NCBI GenBank assembly: GCA_048013815.1
Contig: CM106586.1
Span: 4,960,001 to 5,024,000, forward strand
DNA from: Setoptus koraiensis
Taxonomy: Eukaryota > Animalia > Arthropoda
Reading direction: 5' to 3'
DNA: 64,000 nucleotides
Shown piece after piece: positions 50,101 to 61,766 of this stretch; the first letter of the stretch is position 1; each line of letters begins with the position of its first letter. Below the pieces are notes generated by a model. That model was not told the DNA's origin and did not search any database. It saw nothing but the letters and a program-made list of their open reading frames with translations. The translations under genes and the position numbers were made by a program.

Positions 50101-50955
50101 GGTTGTTCTAGCGATTAGGTCCCAGCGCCGATTATGATGAAACTTCCAGTACAGGTTCATCTTGACCCAAAAACATCAGAAAAAATAGTCCGGAAGTGCG
50201 GAAACTTCAGGTTCCGGTTTTACCTAAAGTTGCTCCTAGAGAGTTGAAACTCACCAGACTGACGTTCTAGATGACGACAAACACGATGATTTAAGTTTCA
50301 GCTCTTTACCACTTCCAGTTCTCTGGTTATAGCGATATCTCAAGAGTTGAGAGACCGGAAGTTGCCAAATTCATGCTTCGCTACACTCAGGGATGAGCCT
50401 GCAATTGTTCTCAGAACTCGGCCTGCGGCCTCGTATTCAGGAGGCCGTCACATCTCCGTCGTCGCTCCCGCGACGACTGCGTGCGACGGGAACCCTTCGG
50501 GTAAGGTTGATGAGCGCTTCGGGTATCGGGCTGCGCCCTCTACCCTCCGCTCACATGACTGCAATCCATCAACAAATGAAGGGGGGAATAAAAAAAAAGG
50601 ATGAGAAAAGTAGGAACACCTGAATTACAAGCTAATACATGGTGTTGCGCAGTCTGTGCACTGTATGGGCCCCCTTTCTGCAACCGCACAGGCCCGGCCG
50701 CACCTCCAATTTCAGTTTAATCTTGATATCTAGCAAACCGGAAGTGATACCGGATTGATTTTGATTTCATTGTGCTCCGCTAAGAGTCATCAACCTGATT
50801 TCCAAATTTCAGAGCTCTAGCTTCAACTTGATGTAAAACCGGAACAAGAAGTTTCCGCACTTCCGGACCAGCTAATCCATGATGTGGGGCCCCTGCAGGG
50901 CCCGTGTGTCAAGTTTCGTGATGATCGGCGCTGGGACCTAATCGCAAGAACACCC
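50101..50955 (-). mobile_element. non-autonomous Merlin derivative, 855 bp
   Basis: Both TIRs present, exact 8-bp TSD GAAAATCT. Confidence 0.9.
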
Positions 50956-51110
50956 GAAAATCTTTCCAATTGACAACTTGATATTCTCTCGACTCAAAAG
51001 TTGCTGAATTTTGCGCATTGAGTAGCCTAATTTGTTAAGCTGGTCCACGCGACCCTCGAGATAAATCGAACTTTTTGACAACATTTTGAGCTTTGTAATG
51101 GAGAAAATGA
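50956..51110 (-). pseudogene. possible Tc1-like transposase N-terminal HTH fragment split by a Merlin MITE
   Basis: LGYSMRKIQQLLSRENIKLSIGKI continues as FNIIH on the other side of the MITE (50081-50100). Confidence 0.35.
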
Positions 51111-51970
51111 TACCGAGATGCACACAAGGAGTAGGCCGACAAATACACAACGAAATTAGATCGTCTGCTCTCTGAGCGCGCAAGCAGAGAAGCAGACGAA
51201 AATGTTCAATTTTAAAGCGACTGCCCTGTACTTCATCTAACTGTCTGCCTATCAACGCTACTGGCACATTTCAAGAATTGTCTCAGAATTCCGGAGGGGA
51301 TCATATACCCGGCGCCTTTCATTGGGTACATGGTATATCACTTAACTCTCTTGAGAGCCAAGGCTAATGTTGAAGAAAACTAGAAATTGCCATCAGAAAG
51401 CAAATTGTCGTTGCCGTCATTGCGAATTCCACTAATCCAGAATAACGTCGTTGCGTAAAATTGGAACAGAAGATTTGGTAGAGTAGACAACTCTAGCTCT
51501 TTATGCTCCGTTTTCAAACACATCCGGATAGAGCACGGTGGCGTCGCCAGAAAGACTGTGAATATACGACATTCTAGGAGAGAAGCGACTTCCCAAGACA
51601 CAGGGATTTCTAATTCGGATGAAGAAGTTGACGTCGAAATTTCCGACGTAGAATGTAACCTTGAGCTAGAGTGATATGCTAATAATATGTCTCTGTATCC
51701 GTATGGGTCGACCCATATTGACCCACCCATCAAATTGACCCACTGGACGACCCGACCAACCCATTTCGACCCATTTTTCACCAACTGGATCACTCGGGTC
51801 AGCCGTTTTCGCCAATTTTCGCCCATGGGTCGACCCGGGCAGCCCACTTGAACCCCTCTCGACCCACTGGATCACCCGGGACACCCGGGTAACCCACACG
51901 GTTAGCGGCACCAGCGTGTAAATTCAAATTGTTGTCATAATGCCTGAGTGAAAAGCTCAAATCAGTTAAA

Positions 51971-52918
51971 AACAAGTAATACTGATTCTATCAGTATCTC
52001 AAGCGCTTAATTTTTTGGATAGACGAGTATCGTTGGAATATGGATGCGAGTATGTAACAACATGTCGGAGATAATCATCGATGTCGATCAGAGTAGCCGA
52101 AATGATGACAGAATAAATAGGAACTAGTATCGGAAATTCGAATTTCTAAGTTCGAAATGTGACCATCAAACATTGGCCATCGAACACTGACCACCGAACA
52201 TCGAACGAGCAGATGGAACTGTCATCAGAAATTCGAATTTTCAATTTCGAATTTCGAAGTTCGAAATGTGACCATCGAACTTCGAATTGTCACCAACGAA
52301 CTTCGAATTGTGACCATCCAACTCTGTACAAGCACCTGGAACTAGTATCGGAAGTAGCATTGTTAACGTTTAGATACTTTAACACAGAGAACAGAAAAAT
52401 TTTTGTCAAAATCGTCAAAGTCAAATTCCCATAGGGTTAACATTGTTAACGTTAAGATACCTTGAATGGTTGAGCAGTTAGCATCGCAGCATTGAGCATG
52501 TTACTCTCGTCTAGTTGTCCACATCAGCATTGACAGTGCAGAGAAGCAGTAGTTATTCTGAATAGTATCTACTGTTCTACAATCTCCTAGTTTCAACACC
52601 TCTAGCGTCCAGTGCTCTAAATCCGAATTGTATACAGCTAGCCTTCTGCTGTGCTAAATTCATCTAGTTAGCATCTCAGCTTTGAGCGTACTAATCGCGT
52701 CTACTAAGTGAACGCGCATAGCATTCTATGTGCTAAATTTAACTAATCAACATTGTAAGCTTCGAGTGTTCTAAATTTATCTAGTTTATTTCTCACAGTA
52801 CAGCTTTCACCGTGCTATTTTTTCCTAGTTGAAAAAAGCACTGATTTATTCTACCCACGTGAATAAACGTATCCATCCGACCCACATCAATAGCTACTTA
52901 ATTATAAAATTAAGCGCT
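51971..52918 (-). mobile_element. HINE-like element
   Basis: Same 3' hairpin/subTIR and 5' subTIR+IR, with internal TTCGAA/GACCATCGAA repeats. Confidence 0.6.
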
Positions 52919-53208
52919 AAAAAAAGCTCACCGCTCCCTTCATGCTCCGCTAGGTGTCCACCATCTGACTCTGAAGTTCCGAAGCTCTTTCTCAAAATTC
53001 ATGATATATTGCCCCTGCGGGGCCTGAGTGTTAAGTTTCATGATGATCGGCGCCGGGACCTGGTCGAAGGAACACCCGAACAATCTTCTCTTGGCACCAT
53101 CTGAGATTGTAACTGGGCTCCCAGGTGTCTTCATACCGTTCTACAGGGGCCCAGCACACTAAATAATACAAGTAATACTGATCAACTCACTATTTCGAGC
53201 GCTTAATT

Positions 53209-55877
53209 AGCGCTTAATTTTAATCTGGCGCCATTGATGTGGTGATGTTGGATCCTTAATGGAGGGGCGATCTACACACAAGCCTACATCTTTGAGTCGC
53301 TCCGCCTCCCTAGCACACAGTAGGCTACAGCTTGATTGAGACTTAAGTCGCTCCGCCCCTTAGTACACAGTGAGCTACACACAAGGTTGAGTTTGTGTCG
53401 CTCTACTCCCAAGTACACAGAAAGTTTCTGTGGTTAGTTGGTTTGTTGGTTGGTTGGTTGTGATTAGATTAGTGAAGATTCACTTAAGTCGCTCCGCCCC
53501 CTGATACACAGTAAGCTGCGGCTCGATTGAGACTTAAGACGCTCTACCCCTAATACACAGTGAGCTACAGATATGATAGAAATCTAAGTCTGCCACCTGT
53601 ATTCCTATGTAGATTCGACTTGGTCTATTATCGCTTTACTCGAAGATATTCCGTATGCAATCTTCTGGAGATTTGACTAAGTAAAATTCGTGAGGAGTTC
53701 GGTCACCGTACATGTATGAAAGTCAGTCGGCGCACGCCATCTACGCCACATCAACAGTAGTAACAGCATCAACAACAACGTCAACAACGTCAACAACAAC
53801 GACAACAACAACAACAACAACTACTACAACAGATACAACTACAACAACAACAAGAGATAATTACAACTTTTAATTTCTCAAATTTTAATTTCTTTTTAGC
53901 CTCACCGATCATCAGGAGATAACTCGTCACTATCTCTTTCTGGTGATCGCTGAGGCACTTCCATTTCAGGCCGGCTAAGAATCCTGTGGCGAAAAAACTA
54001 AAGAGAGAAAATTGATCAGTAAAGAACCAAAAATGAAGGTGAATGAGCGTATCCATCCGACCCACCACAATAGCTACTTAATTAAGATTAGGCGCTGAAA
54101 ACTATCGTGACGATCGGATGCTGCGTCACCGGTAGATACAGTGGATACACTATAATCACTACAACAACAACAACTACTACAACAGCTACAACTACAACAA
54201 CAACAAGAAGTAAGTACAACATTTAATTTCTTAATTTTCAATTTCTTTTTAGCCTCACCGATCATCAGAAAGAGATAACTCGTCACTATCTCTTTCTGGT
54301 AACATTAAAAACAAGTTATACTGATTATACCAGTATAAGAGCGCTTAATTTTTACAGTGAACGATCTTAGAGGTTTGGACAGTTTATTAAGTAGTGATAA
54401 GTGCTAGCTGTCTCTAGAAAGTTTCAAGAATTTTTCCTGGTGAGAACAGTTTCGAAAATCACACATACTGTATAGGCACATGTTCTCAATAATGGCCTAT
54501 AGCACCAATACTAGAAACATAAAATTGATTAAACTTGCATAGATCTTGTATTAGACAGTGCTAGCTGTCTCTAGAAGGTTTCGGGAATTTATCCGGATGA
54601 GAACAGTTTCAAAAATGCCACGTGATGTATGGGCATACCTGATCAAATATCATATACATAGTATGAGCTCACCTGATCCGGAATTGCCAATACCGCCAAT
54701 ACTAGAGAAAGAAAATTGATTATGAGTTGACTGAGTATCATCGAAACGGATGGGTGGGAACATGATAAGAAATCGATGACTAAACATGATGACCGTCATC
54801 CGAAAGGACGACTTGCATTTAGGGTCTCCAGAATCAAACTGGTCTGACATACATGAATATAGTATTTTCGTGATCGGAAGAGCCTTCTGATTACGAATAT
54901 ACCAATTGCATCATCCTTTAGTTCGACGATTAGCCACTAGGCGGCGTTGCTGTTTTTCGCTTTATGGGCCTGTGGAGCCCCAGTCTCTTGTCATAGAGAC
55001 ACGTTTCTGGTATCGTTGGATAGATCTTTGGAAGACGCATCTATAAAAGTTATGATTTTCCCCTAGACTCGAATTCAAGTCCGGAAAAAAATAAAAAAAA
55101 AACTTTGGCCCCATTTTGTGGGGCCCCAGGAATGTCCGCCCAGAGATTTGACAGCTCATATAAAAAGCCCTATAGAAAAGCTTCGAAATGATATATAATA
55201 CAACGAAATCAAATCGAACGCCGGTGACCAAAAATGAGAAAAACCACACGCACCTCCCACCAAAAATAGAGATAAAAGGCGGATCGGGTGCTCTGCTGAT
55301 CAGGAGCCAAGCTCGATTTCCATGAAAATCGACACGTGGGCTACGAATGGGCCCATCAAGACGTTCTTGATAGTCCAGGAGTGCGGTAGTGCCTACTTCC
55401 GGAGATAAGAAAAAACCCGAATTTCGGGCCTCTGAGGGGCCTCAAAACAATTATCTTCGCCCAGTTGTCTAGATGGTTATATCAATTTTGAAGTAGAGTG
55501 AAAATTCACACTCTGCGTCACCTGAACCGTTAGAAATTCACTGTTGGTTATGTTAGGTACGCATACGCACTGCCAAAGATGCTGGGAGGCCCAAGGCCGA
55601 GTCGGTGAAGATCGAAAAGGGGGTCAGGTATCTAGACATTGCACATGTTAACCCTATGGAGATTTGAGTCTCTCGATTACCATGTTAAAGTATCTAAACA
55701 GTAAATTCCTATCACAACGTGATAGGAATTTGAACGTGTTGACCGACTACTCTGGTCTGACAGGCATAGATGTCCATCTCTGACATGGTGTCACAAACTC
55801 GCATCCATATTCCAACGATACTCATCTATCCAAAAAATTAAGCGCTCGAGATACTGACGGAATCAGTATCACTTGTT
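53209..55877 (+). mobile_element. HINE-like composite with nested repeats
   Basis: 5' AGCGCTTAATTTTAAT at 53209 and 3' subTIR+hairpin at ~55835-55877. Contains Spy copy 3, AAC repeats and another HINE 3' end at ~54310. Confidence 0.5.
54806..55628. mobile_element. Spy-type element copy 3, truncated
   Basis: AAA|GGACGACTTGCATTTAGG left end, one arm and part of the internal region. Confidence 0.7.
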
Positions 55878-56529
55878 TCTTAAAATAAATGCACTGCATC
55901 TCAACTTGTTGAATATCGACTGTCTCTCAATTATTATCACTTCGTTGGTTTAGAGACTGTATTAAGTAACGACGATTTAAATCTTCCCTGTGCTAAGTGT
56001 CAAGTTCAGCGTCGCGCCCCATGGCATCCATAGAGCAGGCAAAGAGAGAATCAAAGCGGCAGAGGGCCGAGTTATCTGAGGCCAACACGTTCAGAGCTGA
56101 TTTGAAATTGGATGTACAAGATGATACGTACTCCTTCTGGGACATATTTTCAAGCTCGAGAATGCAACAGGTGATTGAGATGCAAGCAGTGGAAGCGGTC
56201 AACTTGTTTGTGGATATTCACAGTCTACGATCTTAAGAGTCATGCGCTGGGTGCTTACGATCATTAGCGCTAATGTAATCAGGTAAAGGCACTATTGGGC
56301 TCATGTGACCATACAGTATGTGCCAATTTTGAAACTGTTCACACCAGGATATTTCCACTAAAGACAGCAAGCACAGTGTCATGCACGATCTATGCGAGTA
56401 GTGTGCGGGTAATAGCTTATTGCCCTGGCAATAAGAGCGCCGCTTGATGCCCGCTTATCGCCCGCTTATTGCCAGAATGGCAGCAAGGGCAGTAAGGGCA
56501 ATTAGGAAGCTGCTTATTGCCCGCTTATT

Positions 56530-57329
56530 GCCCCAGTCTGATTTCAATAAAACTTCACACACGGGGCCCACAGGGGCCACAAATGATAACCTTGGTGGTC
56601 CGGAAAAGCGGAAACTTCCGGTTCCGGTTTTGAAACACTCTATTCATCTAGATAAAAGCACGCAGAGTACGATACAGTAAATTTCAAGTCTGAAAAACTT
56701 CCGGTTCACAAGAAATTTGGTGGAAACCGCTGCAAGGGCGGTGATGGGACGGAATATCGACCAAATACGTGCGCTAGCAGGCCCGTACTGATCAGCACAA
56801 AAGCCTGCGCCACTTCCGGTTCCCAAGATAATCACTGTTGGGTGTGCAGCTCTACGATGAACAGTCCGTTGTTCTACCTACGGTCGTGTATGGATTGCAG
56901 TCATGTGAGCGGAGGGTAGAGGGTGGAGCCCGATACCCGAAGCGCTCATCAACCCTACCCAAAGGGTTCCCGTCGCACGCAGTCGTCGCGGGAGCGACGA
57001 CGGAGATGTGACGGCCTCCAGAATATGAGGCCGCGAGCCGAGTTCTCAGACCCATCGCATACTCATTCCTGAGCAAAGTGGAGCTCCAATTTCTCCAATC
57101 CTGGTCTTCTTACGTCAATTATATCTGTAGATCTGGAAAACCGGAAGTCGCACAGAGCTGAAAATTACTCCATCATATCCAGCGTGGTCAGTAACGTCAC
57201 TCCGGTGAGTTTCAGACCTCAGGAGTTTCCGCACTTCTGGACCCACTTTTCCAGTCCATTTGGGTCTAGATGTACCCGTACCGGAATTTTCATCAAAATC
57301 GGGGCGGGGCACTAATCGCTACAACAACC
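56530..57329 (+). mobile_element. Merlin derivative lacking the outermost left TIR
   Basis: Right terminus GCACTAATCGCTACAACAACC, core module, and inner left TIR. Confidence 0.8.
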
Positions 57330-57625
57330 GTAAGTTTGCCTGGGTCGCTCGCTCGACCTAAGCCCTTACCGACCTCTCGGCCGATCATCTATCGTAGCGA
57401 TCCTGACGACCCTACCGCCAGCGCAGCTCCTTGCGTAGGGGCTGCGGGTGCATTGCGCACTGGAAGAGATAATTGGCGGGCATAGAAAGGATAGGGGTTG
57501 CTGAGATGATGTTCGGTTGATGTCGGGGTGAGTTGTTCATTGGGAACTCTCGGTTTTCTTTCTTCCTTTCATCAATTATCTTCAGGTACTAAAATTTATG
57601 TATTCTTCAATCTTCTCGCATTCAG

Positions 57626-58005
57626 TGGCCAACAGGAAAAGCAAAACCAACAAGCGCGTCAGGCTCGCCAGGAAAGCAGCCAGCTTCAAGCAGACCGGAC
57701 ATCAGCAGGACCACCATCAGCAGCTGATCAGGTACTGGCTCTACACCCTTGAGAAAATCGTCAGAAAGCCATCGTCCCTCAGCCTGGAGAAGCGCGAGGA
57801 GAAGAAGAATGTCATCATCACCAAGCTCCTCGCCATCTCCAACCGCCCCAACCGCCCCATCCTCGACGACCCTCAATCAGAGCGTAAGCTCCTAGAAATA
57901 GCTCTTTTCAGAGCTGGCCAAAACTCTATCCAGCGCGAGGATCCTGGAATTGGATTCGACTGGGCCGAATTCGATCGCATTCATTTAAATTTATGTCTTT
58001 ACTAA
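57626..58005 (+). CDS. possible exon or ORF of an unknown basic protein
   Basis: GC-rich, C3-biased open frame preceded by a pyrimidine tract and CAG. No family recognised. Confidence 0.25.
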
Positions 58006-58008
58006 ATA

Positions 58009-58625
58009 AACAAGTTATACTGACAATACCAGTATAAGAGCGCTTAATTTTTCAAGTTAATGATTTTAGAGGGGAAGATAGTTTCATGCGTAGTAATGAG
58101 TGGCAGACATCAAAAATTGATTAGACCCGCACAGATCGTGTCTGACACAGTGGCAACTGTCTCTAGAAAGTTTCAGGAAATCATCTTGGTGAAAACAGTT
58201 TTGAAAATGCCACATAATGTAGAGGTACATGTGCCCAAGAATGGCCGATAGCGCCAATACTAGAAACACAATATTGATTAGACTTGCACAGATCGTGTAT
58301 GGCATAGTGCCAGCTGTCTCTAGAAAGTTTCAGGAAATTATCCTGGTGAAAAAGGTTCCGGAAATCGCGCTATGCGAAAATAGTGCTAATGTTTGCAAAC
58401 ACTCAGCGCGTGACTCTAAAGATCGAAATCTGTGAATATCCACAAATAAATCGGTACGTGAATAATCACTGGCATACAAAATTTCAGTATTCGTAGCACA
58501 ATTGGTGAATATCCTGTGAAATGATCAAATTTAGTATCCACCATCATACCGGGCGTGGATATTCATGCGTGATCTTCAGGATCCCACAACACTACATCAT
58601 AAGCACTTAATTAAAATTAAGCGCT
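58009..58625 (-). mobile_element. short HINE-like element
   Basis: 3' CAAGTTATACTG...CAGTATAAGAGCGCTTAATT and 5' CTTAATTAAAATTAAGCGCT. Confidence 0.55.
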
Positions 58626-58795
58626 AATTAATCGCTCGAAGTACTGATTTGATCAGTATTACTTGTTTGTTGATATTCATGGTCTTCGGTCTTTGGAGTC
58701 CGCGCTGAGTGCTTGCAAACAATAGCACAAGTATAATCAGTGCTTGGCTCGTGTAGGCATTATTGGGCACATGAGCCGCAGTCCATCCAGGAATT

Positions 58796-59179
58796 TCAAC
58801 TTGCTAGACGTAGTATGTATTTCCATAAGTGATCTTCCAATATCTGCCATTGCGTGAATCTTATTTCGAATGTTGTTTTATTCTCATAAATCAATTCTAA
58901 CCGTTGCCATGCCTCAAAGGCACTGTTGCACCCAACAACCAATGCCATATTTTCTTCAGTTAACGCAGACCCCAGAAGCGCCAACGCCTGCTGGTCGACT
59001 GAATCTTCTACATCTTCACTGATTATGGCAGCGTGAAGAGACTTTGCTTTGAGCGCATTGACGAAGTGCCATTTCCAAATAACATAGTTGTTTTCTTCTA
59101 ACTTGATGACTTTGAAATCTGATTTCGACGAATGCGTCTCTAACGGTAGCACTTGCTGATTGTTCTCTTGACGCGCCAT
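58796..59179 (-). pseudogene. Ty1/copia-type gag N-terminus, truncated
   Basis: KLEENNYVIWK and DQQALALL...AFEAWQRLELIYE motifs, downstream of a PBS. Confidence 0.8.
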
Positions 59180-59311
59180 ATTTGCTAATTGCCGAATTGT
59201 CGAATTGCTGAATTGCCGAATTGACGAATTGCCAAATCACCGAATTGCTGAACTACTTATTCTGAATATTGATTATTAGGTAATCACCCTAATTCTGTTG
59301 TAGGTAACTAC

Positions 59312-59341
59312 GCGTGGGTTCGAATCCCACTTCTGACGCCA
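59312..59341 (-). promoter_or_regulatory. tRNA-Leu primer binding site
   Basis: The + strand reads GCGTGGGTTCGAATCCCACTTCTGACGCCA, the 3' end of a tRNA-Leu including CCA. On the minus strand, TGG directly follows an LTR ending in CA. Confidence 0.85.
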
Positions 59342-59503
59342 TGTAAGAATTAGAACCCATGCGTAATTTGACTTTAACTTTTTAAGAGTTTATTTTGTGT
59401 GTGTCATTGAGTACATCGGATACATTATATATATATACTTCAACATCAGATAAACTCATTATCTGTATGTGTATCACACATGTCACATGTGTGCAATACA
59501 CAC
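59342..59503 (-). mobile_element. 3' part of an LTR running into the assembly gap
   Basis: Minus strand ends in ...CTTACA next to the PBS and contains AATAAA-like sequence (+ strand TTTATT ~59389). Confidence 0.6.
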
Positions 59504-60003
59504 NNNNNNNNNNNNNNNNNNNNNNNNNNNNNNNNNNNNNNNNNNNNNNNNNNNNNNNNNNNNNNNNNNNNNNNNNNNNNNNNNNNNNNNNNNNNNNNNN
59601 NNNNNNNNNNNNNNNNNNNNNNNNNNNNNNNNNNNNNNNNNNNNNNNNNNNNNNNNNNNNNNNNNNNNNNNNNNNNNNNNNNNNNNNNNNNNNNNNNNNN
59701 NNNNNNNNNNNNNNNNNNNNNNNNNNNNNNNNNNNNNNNNNNNNNNNNNNNNNNNNNNNNNNNNNNNNNNNNNNNNNNNNNNNNNNNNNNNNNNNNNNNN
59801 NNNNNNNNNNNNNNNNNNNNNNNNNNNNNNNNNNNNNNNNNNNNNNNNNNNNNNNNNNNNNNNNNNNNNNNNNNNNNNNNNNNNNNNNNNNNNNNNNNNN
59901 NNNNNNNNNNNNNNNNNNNNNNNNNNNNNNNNNNNNNNNNNNNNNNNNNNNNNNNNNNNNNNNNNNNNNNNNNNNNNNNNNNNNNNNNNNNNNNNNNNNN
60001 NNN
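59504..60003. other. assembly gap (500 N)
   Basis: Run of n characters. Confidence 1.
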
Positions 60004-60680
60004 TTGGTGCAAGCCTGGTCGGTCGGGACCACATTTGTGGTCCCGTCCGGCCAGTGGACCAGGACCCTGGCATTTCTGCCCCCGTTGGCCGTGCCGTACC
60101 TCTCCATAGAGAGAGGTGGCCGGTCGGGGGCAAAAATGCCCGAACCGGACGCCACCGGTTCCGAGGCATGGGGCTCCTGTGGGAGCCCCATCTGGGGTGG
60201 GTCCTGGGGCTCCGGAAGGAGCCCCTCCTGGGATGAGCCCGAGGGCTCATCCTGTATCGGGGAGCTGGGGACGTACGCTGTCATACCCAGCTCCTCGAAT
60301 GAGGCTAATGCCAGCCCCATCGGCGGCACCTGAGCGGGAGGCGACGCCTCCCGCTCAGGTGCCGTGTCCTGAGGGGGAGTTGACGACTCCCCCTCAGGCG
60401 CAAGCAGCCGGATCCTCTTTGGTTTTGAGGCCGACTGCTTGCATGTGGGGCATTGAAACACCCTCTGTGGGCGTGTCAGGGGCCTCCCAAATTCAAAAAG
60501 GGGGTGCCCGCTCACGCCCAACAGGGGCGTTTCTTCGACCACGCCCCCTTTCGCCCACATATTGATGCACACAGCACAAAAAGTGTGCCCGCACTCGAGT
60601 TTGTGCGGGTCCACCTTTGTGCCGAGGCATATAACGCAATTTTCGTGGGCGTTGTATAGGGGGAGTGGTCTTTTTGGCAT
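60004..60680 (-). CDS. RING-HC (C3HC4) finger protein ORF, GC-rich, 3' end lost in the gap
   Basis: CVIC...CGHTFCAVC...CPTC, a Pro/Glu-rich linker, and a weak chromo-like ARVLVHWPDG motif near the gap. Confidence 0.75.
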
Positions 60681-60894
60681 TTTTTCTTGTAGTAGTAGTG
60701 GTAGTAGTGGTAGTAGTAATAGTAGTAATAGCAGTGGTAGTAATAGCAGTAGTAGTAAAAGCAGTAGTAGTAACAGCAGTAGTAGTAGTAGCAGTAGTGG
60801 TTGTGGTTGTAGCGTTGGCGTTAGAGTTGGCGGTAGCGTTGGCGGTAGCTAATTGAAAAGTGCATCGAAAAGTAGCTTCTACTGTTCTACAATC

Positions 60895-61766
60895 GGTTGT
60901 TGTAGCGATTAGTGCCCCGCTCCGATTTTGATGAAACTTCTGGTACGGGTATGCCTTGACCCCAATAGACCGGAAAAGTGAGTCCGGAAGTGCGGAAACT
61001 TCCGGTTCCGGTTTTACATGAAGTTGAAGCTAGAGGTCTGAAACTCACCAGAGAGACGTTACTGACCACGCTGAATATGATGGCATAATTTTCAGCTCTG
61101 TGCGACTTCCGGTTTTCCAGATGTACAGATATATTTGACGTTTGAAGACCGGAAGTGGAGAAATTGGAGCTCCGATTTGCTCAGGAATGAGTATGCGATG
61201 GGTCTGAGAACTCGGCCTGCGGCCTCGTATTCTGGAGGCCGTCACATCTCCGTCGTCGCTCCCGCGACGACTGCGTGCGACGGGAACCCTTCGGGTAGGG
61301 TTGATGAGCGCTTCGGGTATCGGGCTGCGCCCTCTACCCTCCGCTCACATGACTGCAATCCATACACGACCGTAAGTAGAAGAACGGACTGTTCATCGTG
61401 GAGCTGCACATCCAACTGTGAGAATCTCGAGAACCGGAAGTGGCGCAGGCTTTTGTGTTGATCAGTACGGGCCTGCTAGCGCACGTATTCGGTCCATTTC
61501 CCGTCCCGTCACCGCCCTTGCAGCGGTTTCCACCAAATATCTTGTGAACCGGAAGTTGTTCAGACTTGAAATTTGTTGTATCGTACTCTGCGTGCTTTTA
61601 TCTAGATGTATAGAGTGTTTCAAGTCCGTATCTCAATTTTTATGTAAAACCGGAACCGGAAGTTTCCGCACTTCCGGACCACCAAGGTTATCATTTGTGG
61701 ACCCTACGGGCCCCGTGTGTGAAGTTTCATTGAAATCAGACTGGGGCACTAATCGCTACAACACCC
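60895..61766 (-). mobile_element. non-autonomous Merlin derivative, 872 bp
   Basis: Both TIRs present. Flanks CTACAATC and CAAACATC match at only 5/8. Confidence 0.88.

Noticed and set aside
59312-59341. tRNA gene
   Set aside because: Only the 3' 30 nt are present, with encoded CCA, next to an LTR end. This is a PBS.
59395-60333. Long ORFs spanning 59.4-60.3 kb
   Set aside because: Artefacts of the 500-N gap.
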